Below, one piece after another: positions 10,649-23,120 of a stretch of DNA of 36,230 nt (positions within the stretch are counted from its first letter, which is position 1; each line of letters opens with the position of its first letter). A model generated the notes under the pieces. The model was not told the origin of the DNA. It made no database searches and was given only the letters and a program-made list of their open reading frames with translations. The DNA is from Octopus bimaculoides (Eukaryota): assembly GCF_001194135.2 (NCBI RefSeq), contig NC_068992.1, forward strand, positions 23,472,676 through 23,508,905, read 5' to 3'. The position numbers and the translations under genes were made by a program.

Positions 10649-13349
10649 TATACATATATATGTATATATGTACATATATAGCGATATATATGTATGTGTT
10701 ATATATGTGTTCATAAAATGTTATTTTGCAACACATTTTCCCATTACCCTTCTCACTATTATATTATTAGTAAACTTATCCAAGTACACATATTCCTTGC
10801 ATGTTCGTAGCGCTATTGTATAACAGAATCAAATATTTCCCTCGTAGACTCATTCCCTGTTCTTTTAGGTCGCTATTACGTCTTAATACATCTATGGTCT
10901 ATCGTTACATTTTCATGCAAAATTGAAGAATCGATAAAAAGGAAATACGCAAAAACACAATTTGATCAGTGCAAGTTCCAAATTGAAGATATTCAGCGAA
11001 TTTTCTCCCAATCCTTTTCTCTTGTTAGTCTTGTAATATATTCTATATTCATAAGTAGCATAAATGTCCTCATGTTGCTTCTATACTTGTTACATATTGA
11101 TACTGAAACATCTAACGTTTACGTCTTCTTTCATTTGGGACGTGGTGTATTTATCAGAATTTAACGAATGTTTACCCTTCAGTAATTCCTGGTCGTCTTT
11201 TTACTTCCATAGTCGATAAAATATTTGCTTCGCTATTTCTCCCTAGGCCAAATTCTAGCACACTCGAAAGAGGATAACACAAGAACCTTTTGTTAAATTT
11301 GATTTTCTTTCTTTCTGAGTGCATTTGTTCAAGCAGTAAATCTGTTAATATTGGTATCATATAAAATTTTAGCGTTATATTACAGATATTATGGTTCATG
11401 TTCTTTGATAATTCAAAAATAGATTTCTGAAAACTTTTGTTTTCTTTTTCTTAAGGGGAATTAGGTTTAAACCACAATAAATTGATAGTGGCCAAAAAAA
11501 AAAAAAAAATGCAAATCAAATTTAGTATCTCTCGAAAGTAAATTTCAATGCAATACACTCGAAATATTTATTTATTCAGTGCCGAAGTTGGATTAATTTT
11601 TTCAACTTTGAGTCCTGCATCTATATTCCTAAAATTGAAATTGCTTCTGATTCTACTTCCAGAATCCTATTTTTACTTAATGGTGTTTTGCTACGCAGGT
11701 TTGCATATCCTGATTGGTGGAAATTCTTCACATGCACTATCTTTTCTCTCTTTGTGTTTTCTTTGCCCCTCTATGTCTTATTCGTATTATACTCTGTATC
11801 TCTGTATGCATTTAAAATAGGATAAACGTACTTTTGTTACATAGATCCTGCTCTTATACCCCAAATATTTTAACTTTTGTTCTACAAAGAAAACATTGAT
11901 TTTACTTCAATTGCGTTTTTCTTAAACCAGGCAACGCTGAACGCCACTGGATCGGAATAGAAGTAATGGAAATGTAATTCTAAATTAATGTCACCTACTT
12001 ATCTCTTCACCCTCCTTTTCCCTATACTTGATAACCTCGTCGGGTCTCCGCAAGTGTTAAGGCCTTTTTCACAGCCGAATTTAAAAGGCAATATTTACTT
12101 GATTATTTGACGCGCAGAGACTGCTACCCACGTCTCTTAAAAGGACATCCTCCAATGAAACACTAGAAAGGGAGGATGGATAATGTAACCTATATGAGCC
12201 AGTTATGAAAATGATAGGATATTCAAGGTACGAAACTTAATAATATAGAACGAAGTCTGTCTAGGTTTGAACAGCACTCCCTTTACAATGCAAATCTTTT
12301 ACCTAGTTGCCGAAGCAAAGCTATCTAATGTAGCAGCCATATTCCCCAAAAATACATCATACTGGTGCAATATGAGACATATGATATACAGTGAATAAAA
12401 TACAAGTCAGCGTGGTTGAAGTCGAAGTGTTTATGATAAGTCATCTGTCTGATCAAAAGAAATATGGGCCATTATGTAGCACGTTCAGATATCAGAGGCT
12501 TCATTTTTAATAAATTTCTTTAAAACAACACCCATCACACAACTTGGACCTTCTTAGCGAAATTCATAACAGACCTTTTATTGTTCTCCTGCCAAACTCT
12601 GTCGTAAGATTCCCAATTATGTTAACTGCAACAGGACATTTAAAAAAATGTAATTCACAAATTTTCATAAGAGTTTTAAACCGAGCTCTTCCTAACTTAA
12701 CTATAGTCTGTGTGAAGCTGATGTACTTACTTGGCAAGCGTTTGGAGATGCAGAATATTCTTTTGGCACTGATTTGGCCGAGGTTTGAGCTACAGAAATT
12801 TAAAGACCATATTACAAACAAATGTTTAAGGTAAGTAAACAGTCTTCGTGTTTATGTGAATTGCTAACTTTTGCTTTCTACCTTTCAGTCCCGAACCGGT
12901 GTGTGTGTTAAATTAATAAGGCACTAAAAGAGAATGACTTGCCCCAGATACAATAAAATATATTTAGACACACGAATTCACATGAAGACTCTTGCAAACC
13001 AAATACAAAACTGAATTAAATATGTATATATAAATATATATAAGTGTATGTGTGTGAACATGTATGTAAATATATNNNNNNNNNNNNNNNNNNNNNNNNN
13101 NNNNNNNNNNNNNNNNNNNNNNNNNNNNNNNNNNNNNNNNNNNNNNNNNNNNNNNNNNNNNNNNNATATATATATATATATAATTGTATTTTCATGTGAA
13201 TGTGAGATCAAATATATGACATATATTACAGCTAGAGGGAGCAGCTATCGGTAGTCAATAATATTAAAACAAATATCTATTACAGCTATGTTGATTCAGT
13301 GGGCTGTATCCATGCACTACATCATTTAGCTATTTCTATTCAAACTAAT

Positions 13350-13915
13350 TAATTAATATTCTAACATCAACGTCATCAGCATCTCATCATCAATATCATC
13401 ATTATCCTGGTCGATAGTATCAGCATCACCATCACCAATATCTTCGCCATACTTAATATCGTTTGTGTCACTGGCCTTTTCATTATCACCACTTCTATCA
13501 TTGTCAAAATCATGGACATCAGCAATATCAGTAGTAGTAGCTGTTGTAGGTGTAACGGTAGCATCACCAACAGCGTCAATTTTCTCGATAATAAGCAACG
13601 TCATAATGACCATGCTTATACTCTCGATCGTCATAATTATTGTCATCAACGTCATTATTGTCGTTATCGTAAACAATGAGCTGGCCTCGTGTCAAAATTT
13701 GAAATCATTATCATAAATCAACATCACCATCATTATCGTCAAAATAACAAGCTGTGTAGCCAAATAACAACAAAGAAAATGATGGACACGGATCAAAACC
13801 ACCACCACCACCACCACCACCGACAGCAACAACAACAACAACAACACCACCACCCACTACCACCACAACAACAACCGCCCCAACGACTACAACAGCAACA
13901 ACAACAAACCCTGAA
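13350..13915. repeat. Degenerate trinucleotide low-complexity tract: (ATC)n-like, then (CAC)n/(CAA)n
   Basis: Direct reading. It explains the D-rich, poly-H and poly-Q ORFs in the track. Confidence 0.85.
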
Positions 13916-14232
13916 TAATAGTAATGTTTGTAATTTCAGCACATCAACTGCATCGTGGATTGTCAAGAGTTAGTCCTTACTACGGTCTATGCTTCTCTAC
14001 TAGTGTTAGATTTTCCGAACTGTGGAGGGATAAATGATAAATTTGAAGTCGGTGAATTTTGAACTTAGAAATTAAAATGAAAATACCGGAAGTCATTATT
14101 CTTAGCAAGCCTAAGAAATCATGCAGCATTGCCTAAAATCCTTAGGATCGATGGGCCACGCTTTCACGGTCCGTATTCATGCTGAAAATAATGATTGAGC
14201 GAGCTGTTGCCCTTCAATATTAGTTGTTGGGA

Positions 14233-14421
14233 AGGCATCGAGCTGGCAGAAACATTAGCACGTCGGGCGAAATGCTTAGTGGTATTTCGTCTCTTTACGT
14301 TCTAAGTTCCTATTCCACCGAATTCGACTATCCTTTTCATCCTTTCGAGGTTGATAAAGTAAGTAGGTAATCGACTGGCCACATCCCCAAAATCTCGCAC
14401 CTTGTACCTTGAGTAGAAAAG
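14233..14421 (+). mobile_element. tRNA-derived SINE type A with 17-bp target-site duplication
   Basis: GAGCTGGCAGAAACATTAGC (A-box-like)..CGAAATGCTTAG.GGTATTTCGTC..CTTTTCATCCTTTCGAGG. Flanked by AATATTAGTTGTTGGGA at 14216-14232 and 14422-14438. Confidence 0.9.
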
Positions 14422-14494
14422 AATATTAGTTGTTGGGATATCAAACAATCTTCTTTATTTCTTCATAAAATGTATCTTTTCATTAAAATAAACA

Positions 14495-14676
14495 GGGAGC
14501 GGGCAGAATTGTTAGCACGTCGGGTAAAACACTTAGGGGTATTTCGTCTGCTTGTACGTTCTGAGTTCAATTTCCGCCGAGGTTGACTTCACTTGTCACC
14601 CTTTTAGCGTCAACAGAATATCTATCATTTGGGTTCTTGGAACGATGTGATCGATCACCCTCTCCAAAATTTGAAG

Positions 14677-14678
<2 letters not shown>
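14495..14678 (+). mobile_element. tRNA-derived SINE type A (diverged)
   Basis: GGCAGAATTGTTAGCACGTCGGG..GGTATTTCGTCTGC..GAGTTCAATTTCCGCCGAGGTTGAC (B-box-like). Confidence 0.85.
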
Positions 14679-14716
<38 letters not shown>

Positions 14717-14799
14717 TAGAAAATGGAGACAACACATATTAACCAACTCATCGATAGGACCACAGCTTACTTTTTAATACAAAGTATGACATAACAAAA

Positions 14800-15150
14800 C
14801 AGGTGACGTAACATATACTGCGGCCATTACTGCTCGGATTGCCAAAATGCAGCTTATACATAAATGCGGTAATAAAATTCTTCATCTTCATAGGGCATTC
14901 GAATTAAAGCAGCGGATCTTCATCAGAGTGAAAAACAAGAGCATAATCGTTTGCTCTTAACATATTGGGCTTCTAGACTATTTGTGTTAGCCATGTTTCT
15001 TTGGTTTCCTTCTTCCTTTTGTTTATCCTGTTGTTATCTGCATTCTATGTGTATGGTGTGCCTGCACACCAATGCCCAGAGATAATACAGGTAACAGATA
15101 CCGATTGTATATACAGATATTTTATCGCTTAGTCGGTTACTACAACCGCT
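14800..15150 (-). mobile_element. Possible third Penelope-like remnant
   Basis: Minus strand KRKKETKETWLTQIV*KPNML weakly resembles a PLE endonuclease C-terminus. It is followed by CTGATGAAGATCC..TTCGAAT, a decayed hammerhead-like core. Confidence 0.25.
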
Positions 15151-15160
15151 AACTGTTTAC

Positions 15161-15200
<40 letters not shown>

Positions 15201-16060
15201 NNNNNNNNNNNNNNNNNNNNNNNNNNNNNNNNNNNNNNNNNNNNNNNNNNNNNNNNNNNNNNNNNNNNNNNNNNNNNNNNNNNNNNNNNNNNNNNNNNNN
15301 NNNNNNNNNNNNNNNNNNNNNNNNNNNNNNNNNNNNNNNNNNNNNNNNNNNNNNNNNNNNNNNNNNNNNNNNNNNNNNNNNNNNNNNNNNNNNNNNNNNN
15401 NNNNNNNNNNNNNNNNNNNNNNNNNNNNNNNNNNNNNNNNNNNNNNNNNNNNNNNNNNNNNNNNNNNNNNNNNNNNNNNNNNNNNNNNNNNNNNNNNNNN
15501 NNNNNNNNNNNNNNNNNNNNNNNNNNNNNNNNNNNNNNNNNNNNNNNNNNNNNNNNNNNNNNNNNNNNNNNNNNNNNNNNNNNNNNNNNNNNNNNNNNNN
15601 NNNNNNNNNNNNNNNNNNNNNNNNNNNNNNNNNNNNNNNNNNNNNNNNNNNNNNNNNNNNNNNNNNNNNNNNNNNNNNNNNNNNNNNNNNNNNNNNNNNN
15701 NNNNNNNNNNNNNNNNNNNNNNNNNNNNNNNNNNNNNNNNNNNNNNNNNNNNNNNNNNNNNNNNNNNNNNNNNNNNNNNNNNNNNNNNNNNNNNNNNNNN
15801 NNNNNNNNNNNNNNNNNNNNNNNNNNNNNNNNNNNNNNNNNNNNNNNNNNNNNNNNNNNNNNNNNNNNNNNNNNNNNNNNNNNNNNNNNNNNNNNNNNNN
15901 NNNNNNNNNNNNNNNNNNNNNNNNNNNNNNNNNNNNNNNNNNNNNNNNNNNNNNNNNNNNNNNNNNNNNNNNNNNNNNNNNNNNNNNNNNNNNNNNNNNN
16001 NNNNNNNNNNNNNNNNNNNNNNNNNNNNNNNNNNNNNNNNNNNNNNNNNNNNNNNNNNNN

Positions 16061-16124
<64 letters not shown>
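16061..16124 (+). repeat. (TAA)n microsatellite
   Basis: Direct reading, adjacent to a gap. Confidence 0.95.
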
Positions 16125-16126
<2 letters not shown>

Positions 16127-16682
16127 GCCCGGATGCAGTACCAGGCAGTGGCTCTCATGGCTTCTGATCTCAACTGATTCGAAGTGTTATCATGTACATT
16201 TATTATATGGGTATAAAAAGATGGGCTACAGCAAATATTCTGCTTAATACTACAGATTTGCTTCTCAGTTGTTTGACTTTAACCAGTTGAGCATGTCCCT
16301 TGGTGGCTGACCATATGTGCATCACTGATCAAGAGCAGAAGTAGTGAGGGAGCATCATAGCCATGTGTTGAGAGGAATTCTTTGGGGTTTGAATAATTCA
16401 CCTTTAGAAACATGGGTGTTTTTCTCGACATCCTTAAACAAACCTTATTTAGGGACCTTTTGAGCGGGACAGGCTACTCGACCTACAGAAAATTCTAACT
16501 GGGCCACACCTAAGAGGTCATGCGCTGTTTATCATGATATGAGATCACCATGTCGCGTACATATTGTTACGATGCATGTGTCTGGTGTACTCTTATCAGA
16601 CGAGTAGTCATGCTGGGTATAAAGGGCTTCGTATATTTTACCCCAGTGTCACTATGATGGCATGCACTGCTCTCTCACCCCG
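16125..16682 (+). mobile_element. Interspersed element of about 560 bp embedded in (TAA)n, probably a non-autonomous or 3' derivative of an RLE LINE
   Basis: Relatively GC-rich block with (TAA)n on both sides. ATANILLNT (16225-16251) resembles the GTAHILRNT RLE C-terminus at ~25940-25968. I recognise it from memory as a common octopus repeat; this was not verified. Confidence 0.5.
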
Positions 16683-17102
16683 TAATAATAATAATAATAA
16701 TAAGCATATATATATCAGTGAATGTTTTAATAAAATATGGGTTAGCTTACTTTTAGAATTGATTTATAATAAATAAGCTATGTTTTGTTTTGTAAGTCTT
16801 AGTGTTATTTTTGTAAACAAAAAGTAAGCAGTTTCATATATAACTTTAAGCCATAAAATATCGCAATAATCTCCTCGTATTCACTGAATTTTGTTGATAA
16901 TTATGATACTACAAATTATGCGATAATTATTCTTAGGTTGATGCATGCTTAATGAGTTGCATTCTGGATTACATGGATACATTTTATCGTATCATTATCT
17001 CGTAACTTAATATAATTATTGCCACTTCTCTTCATTATGTTTCACAGTGAATATCAATTCTATATGCGTAACAACCTTATTATCTTTTTTTTTTCCCATT
17101 CA

Positions 17103-17255
17103 TTTATTTGTTTCAGTTATTTGATTGCGGCCATACTAAAGCACCTATCGTAAAGAGACTAATAATGAGAAGTGCGCCTTCTGTGGAATTAAGTACAACA
17201 TTTGGAATTAAAGCAGAGCAGAGCGAGAGACAAAAGAGAGAGAGAGACAGAGGTG

Positions 17256-17303
<48 letters not shown>

Positions 17304-17339
17304 TAGTGATAGAGAGAGAGAGAAAGAAAGATAGAGGTC

Positions 17340-17378
<39 letters not shown>

Positions 17379-17530
17379 CTTAGACCTTCCATATATTTTG
17401 GCAAAGGTCTTATTCTCTGTAGTACTTATTCTATCGGTTACTTTGCCGAACTGTTAAGTTCCGGGGACGTAAACACTCTAACATTTCTGGTCAAGCGATG
17501 GTGGGGGGAAAACCGCAGACACGCACACAC

Positions 17531-17571
<41 letters not shown>

Positions 17572-17722
17572 TCAGGCTTCGTTTAGTTTTCGTTTACCAA
17601 ATCCACTCACAAGACTTTGATCAGCCCGAGACTATAGTAGAAAACACTTGCGCAACGTTGCCACACAGTGGGATTGAACCCGCAAATCTGTGGTTGGTAA
17701 GGAAGCTACTTAACTGCTCCTG
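17103..17722 (-). mobile_element. Near full-length tRNA-derived SINE type B with an internal (TA)n tract and a nested insertion
   Basis: Minus-strand head with B-box GGTTCAATCCC, then GTGAGTGGATTTGGTAAACG, (TA)n, body TCGCTTGACC..GTTTACGTCCCCGG..TCGGCAAAG and tail ATGGCCGC..TGAAACAAATAAA. The body is interrupted at ~17147-17408. Confidence 0.85.
17227..17372 (+). repeat. (GA)n tract inside the insertion that splits the SINE
   Basis: Direct reading. Confidence 0.95.
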
Positions 17723-20700
17723 TTATATGTTTCTTTCGTAACTTACTATAATAAAACTTTATTGTTATATCCTACTTTGCCAAAATATTTGCATGGTGTA
17801 ACACACCCTCTCTCTCTCTCTCTCTCTCTCTCCCTCTCTCACTCTCCACCCATCTCTCTTTCTCTCTCTATCTCGCCCTTTTCTGCTTTCATTCCCTGCG
17901 AGCTCTTCTCGGTATTACTGTCGTTACGATAGGTATTTTCCAAAGAGAAATTAAGAATATTGTTAGATAGATTGTTTGAAAAAAAACAACCCTTTCTGTT
18001 TACCAGGCATACACTATAAATATAATTTTGACGCATGCGTCGTTTGAGAAATTGAATTTAAATGTTAAATGCATGAACAATTTAAAAGATTTGAACGAAC
18101 TAAGTTCATTTATTGTTACATAATATATGGACTAAATTACGTATATTTAAGTACGAATCTTTAATTTTACGGAAACTACCAAGTATTAAGCAAGAACGTT
18201 AATACATTAGATTTGCTTATAAATCTATTAATGCGTAAATATAAATATATATTTAAAACCAAGACTTAAAAGCTCTGCCAGTTAAAAGAGTCAAACACCA
18301 GCTCTTTGTACTGGTATCGATTCCAGAGATTACATTTCTTTTCTAAAAGTTTCTGATGCTGCAGTAATGATATCAAATAAAACATTAATTAATAAACTGT
18401 ATTTGTTTATATTTATATTTTTTTCTTATTTTAGAATATTTCCACTTCTAATTTCTCTAATATCAAATCTCTAGCTAAACATTGGTCTTTTTAAAATATA
18501 ACCGACAAACATCTGTAATATATTGATAATATAATTACCTCACATGGCCTTTCGCTGAAATCTATCAACTAAATGTACATAAAACCTAATTCATATTATG
18601 TTAATTGCTCCTTGAGTACCTCAGTTTCAGAGCTTGATAGTATTTATATTCAATTATCATAAGTTTTTCTGACTTTGAATAATTCTTACCAAATGTGTAG
18701 TTTTGTTAGCAAACAGTACCAGCTGAGTATTGTCTTTCCATCGTCCAAAAATACTCCTACTCGCAAATATTCTGAATTTCCAATTGTTCTGTCGGAAGCG
18801 CCTGTTTATTTAATGTCCTCTGTGTTCGTAATACTTGTTCTTTTCTTTTCCACCTTATATTACCTTATATTACGTAAAATACATTATATTGTACGTAATA
18901 CACAACATTTACCCTCTATTTTATCATAACAAACTTTCATGCTTTGCAACATACGTAACGTTCACGTAGTTATTGTTTTACATATCCATAATCTTTTTCC
19001 TTTGTCTGATTTCTGTTTTTGATAATATTGCTTCCTGAGAATCCGTGATATCTCTATGTTTTTACACACGGAATATCATACTGACTCTTTTATTTAAGAA
19101 TTACCTTAATAAAAATTTCGTTCTGATACTAATTCTTCCAGGTAATTTAATCCAATGCAGTTTGTTGTAAACTTCAAATCTACCCGTACATCATATCTTG
19201 ATTTTTCCATCTGCAAACAAAATAGTGTTGTCAATTGTTATAATTTCTAATATATTCGTTACAATTGTACATTAAAGAGGGGGCGGTTTAATAAAATGTT
19301 TAGTACATGTTTTCTTTTAAATAACACATGGCAGTACTTTTCATGTCAGCATTTCTATCTGTCGTTTCTCTTTTGAGTACGTCCGATTGAAATGCTCCAA
19401 GGCAATCACTAATTATCTCCCACGTGACAGGCTAGATGGCATTTGTGGAATACTTTATTTCTGCGTCTGTTAATACTCACCAATATGGACAACATGATGG
19501 CAATTCTAATGTGCTTCACTGTTTTAGTTTGACCAATATGTCATTAAGCTTATACAGCGACAATCAACAAAATGATAAATATGAAAAGCGAAAAAAATCT
19601 ACTCATATGAAAAGAACTCCAATGAGCTAAATACCACATTGTAATCCACTGACAATTTATAGATATCCGAATATCACTCTGAATGTCGTATTATCTACGT
19701 AAACTATAGAAGCTACTGCTTCTTGTAAAACACAGGCTGTGTACCCAATACGTCCAAGTGTAACACCCTCCGATTTCATTATTTTGGTCATCACTGCTGC
19801 ATTTTGTCTCCGACAGCCTGACACTATAACAGACACTACTATTCAAAATTATAAGTCCCAAAGGGCAAACTTTTAAAAGTCCTCAACAACCAAGCAATTT
19901 TCTATACATGCAGCAACCTTAACACTATCACAGCTTCTACTCATATATCAATTGAATTAACATCTCCTTTTCACCCCACCCATTAGCAACTAACTTAATT
20001 TCACTTGCAGTTAAATGTATTCTAAGGAAAATCTTTGAAATCCCTCACAGAATATTTATTTCATCTGAACTAAATATTCATGCATTAGTTATAGAACCGT
20101 TAAGCCGCATTCTGCACAATTATTGGTCTCTTCAGAATAAACTAGAGAATAATTCAAATTGTTCAACTGAGAAAATTTGACCCCCTAAAATAAGCTGCGA
20201 TTTTTTAAACATCTCTCGTCCACTATAACCACTCAGCAGTTAATATCTAGCTGGAATCTATACATGAGCAACCATGGTTAGTATTCCAAAATGAAACACA
20301 GTCATCAATTATGGACGACTCTCAGTGAAAGTGATCACAAGGAAGATAGAAGTGTTAAAGTATAAAAGCAATAAAGCGTTCAGGTAATAGTTCTATCAAA
20401 ACTGATATATAACTTCCATTATCATGAATATGGTCATGTGTTCGTCCATAAAACATAATTTGGTTATTCTGTTAAATAAAGCATGAGACAAATGCAACAG
20501 AAATATTGCTAAAATCATAAAATAAAACTAGGTTGATAACAATACAATTTCAGCGTGTTGTAAAGTAAAACTGTTTAGAAGCTAGTAAATAAGAGTGTTA
20601 ATGGCAGTGCTTTATGTTAAAATAAACAAAGAGTGCATAATCTCAAACTATATGCTGCCTTACGATGTCGCGTTTGCCATAAAACAAACTAATTTCCAGG

Positions 20701-20959
20701 GTCACTGTTTAACATCCTGAAATAAATTCTATAATTATCTGAAATTTTCTAATTTCATACAGACGACAGTGTATTGAGCCTAAATTTGAATGATGAAGGA
20801 TTTGGGTCATGTAGGTGCTGACATATTTCAAATTATGCATATTTCGCCCTGCTCTTTCTTCCTTTCTCCCTATTTCCTTGCATTGATATGTAATGTTTGT
20901 TTCCATCCATTTATGTATGTATATCCATATATATATGTATATATATGCATATGCATAGG

Positions 20960-20990
<31 letters not shown>

Positions 20991-21205
20991 GCATATATAT
21001 ATGTAGACACACACACACACGCGTATATATATATATATATATATATATATNNNNNNNNNNNNNNNNNNNNNNNNNNNNNNNNNNNNNNNNNNNNNNNNNN
21101 NNNNNNNNNNNNNNNNNNNNNNNNNNNNNNNNNNNNNNNNNNNNNNNNNNNNNNNNNNNNNNNNNNNNNNNNNNNNNNNNNNNNNNNNNNNNNNNNNNNN
21201 NNNNN

Positions 21206-21252
<47 letters not shown>

Positions 21253-22929
21253 AGTTTGTGCGTGTGTGTGTGTATGTGTATCCATACATTTGGGTACTAG
21301 AATATCGCTCCAAGTTACTTTTAATATAGCGATATATTATTAAGTGAACGACAGAAAATTACCAAATTTTAATATTCGAAAATAAAATGAACTATGCATG
21401 CGTTACGGTTGATATTTCCAAGCGCTATATCTATGCAGATAAGTATATTAGCATTTAAGAAAACTTGAGAAACATCCTTTCTTTCAATGATGCAGCACAG
21501 GAAACACATCAAGGTTTTGTGCGCCTACTTTCTTCGAGATCCATTTTTCATTTCGGTTATGTAAAGCTAATAAGTTAATGACCGATGTGTATAGAACTTC
21601 ATACTATCATTGTCAGCTTAGAATGATGTGAGCATGTTGCTACAAAATTTCACAAGAGAGAACACACTTTATTGTTACTGACAATACTGGTGTGCTTTGA
21701 ATACATCTGGCAAGTATATATTGTTGTCTGTGACTCGTGTATAGCTTCTATGAATTCCTTGTCGCATTGTGCTGCCTTTTTAAACGTTGCATCTATGATC
21801 AATGATCGATTGTGTTTTGAGGAACAATATACTGAATGGGTCCATTGATGACTTTTTGTACAGATTTCTCTCGTTATGTGTATTATTGTGTAATATATTT
21901 ATCCCTTGTATGTAAAATAAATGGTAAGCCAGTGTGATATTGTCATAATTATGCATAAATGTCTGATGTTATCAACTTACGTCTTTTCCACGCTCAAATG
22001 TATATTATAAGGGTTTGAGTACTTAATGCTTGTGTTCCATCTGCGTCCAAAATTAAATCTACGGTTATTATTTCATAGATATTTCCACTGATTCACAAGA
22101 GTTTGATTTCTGATTAAGAAGGCGTTTGATTTGAGTGAAGGAAACAATACATATAGCAATGCAAGGTGCTAAAAAAACACGTATAGAAATAAACATATAA
22201 TTGGAATTTTACATAGTAAGCTTATATTCCGTTGTGATATATTTTTTACAGATACATGTTCTTGTTTTAAACATTTTCGAATATGCCTTCGATACTTCTA
22301 GAGGTGTGTACATTGTAACCATTTTCGTCTTGTCACAACGCACTCCTAACACTGAGAAAGCAGCCATATTATTATACACGGAAACAAATCGTTAGAAAAC
22401 GCAAGATTTATGTATCCAATGTCAAACCTTATCACATGTGTATAAAATCCTTTCTGTGATTTTACAAAACTGTGGATTGATTCCATATCAGAATAACAAG
22501 TATATTGGAAGCAATAGAAACAGAAGCGGTCAAATACAAAACACAATGACATAAATTGCTGTGATATGAAAACATAAAATAGGAAAATAAAATCCACGAT
22601 ATTTTCCTATAAAGTAAATCTAATGTGATAATTTCAGTACTATCCGCTTATATGAATCCATCATCTCTTTGAGGTTGTTAACAGTTATTTTTTGTCCATT
22701 ACATTTTGTTTCAAGATGAGAGTTTTTCAATCCTAAATATTCTGACTTGACTCTTTTCCCTTATATACCATACCATCTGCTTTTTATATATCTTTTCCAA
22801 TCTCTAATGGATATATTTGTGACAGCGCATTATATTTTATCCCCCTTTTAAGTGTTATTTCTATAGCAATTGGTAGCAGCAGCTGCTACAGATTGGAGAT
22901 ACATATTTGCTTTTAAGTGTAAAACAGAG

Positions 22930-23120
22930 AACCTTTACGTCGTCGATCGATTGCCTAGAAGTAGGAGTTAAATATCCACCAAGTTACACTATTCTTTAAA
23001 AAAAAAAAAGACTACAGTACTTTAGCTAAAGTATTCCGTGATATACAAAAGATGACAGTATATTCAGGAATGGTAAAATATTGTCCACAGAGTTGCTTTC
23101 TCGGCGTAGCAGTAACAACA
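22930..23120 (+). mobile_element. Diverged short interspersed repeat (SINE-like) fragment
   Basis: ACCTTTACGTCG..CTAGAAGTAGGAGTTAAATATCC..TTAAAAAAAAAAAGAC layout resembles a common cephalopod repeat recalled from memory. A weaker relative may lie at ~12110-12240. Confidence 0.3.

Noticed and set aside
11172-11399. 75-aa minus ORF ending ILSTMEVKRRPG, like an RTE C-terminus
   Set aside because: The resemblance is limited to a few residues and is not distinguishable from chance.
13353-13973. D-rich, poly-H and poly-Q ORFs resembling low-complexity transcription-factor tails
   Set aside because: They derive from degenerate (ATC)/(CAC)/(CAA) repeats, are open on both strands, and have no domain or convincing splice context.
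17660-17722. tRNA-like B-box sequences here and in the type A SINE heads
   Set aside because: No complete cloverleaf. These are SINE heads, not tRNA genes.
21640-21900. Minus-strand open frame with IIDATFK, like a MULE transposase DGTF motif
   Set aside because: Short (about 84 codons, no start), one motif only, and no element ends.
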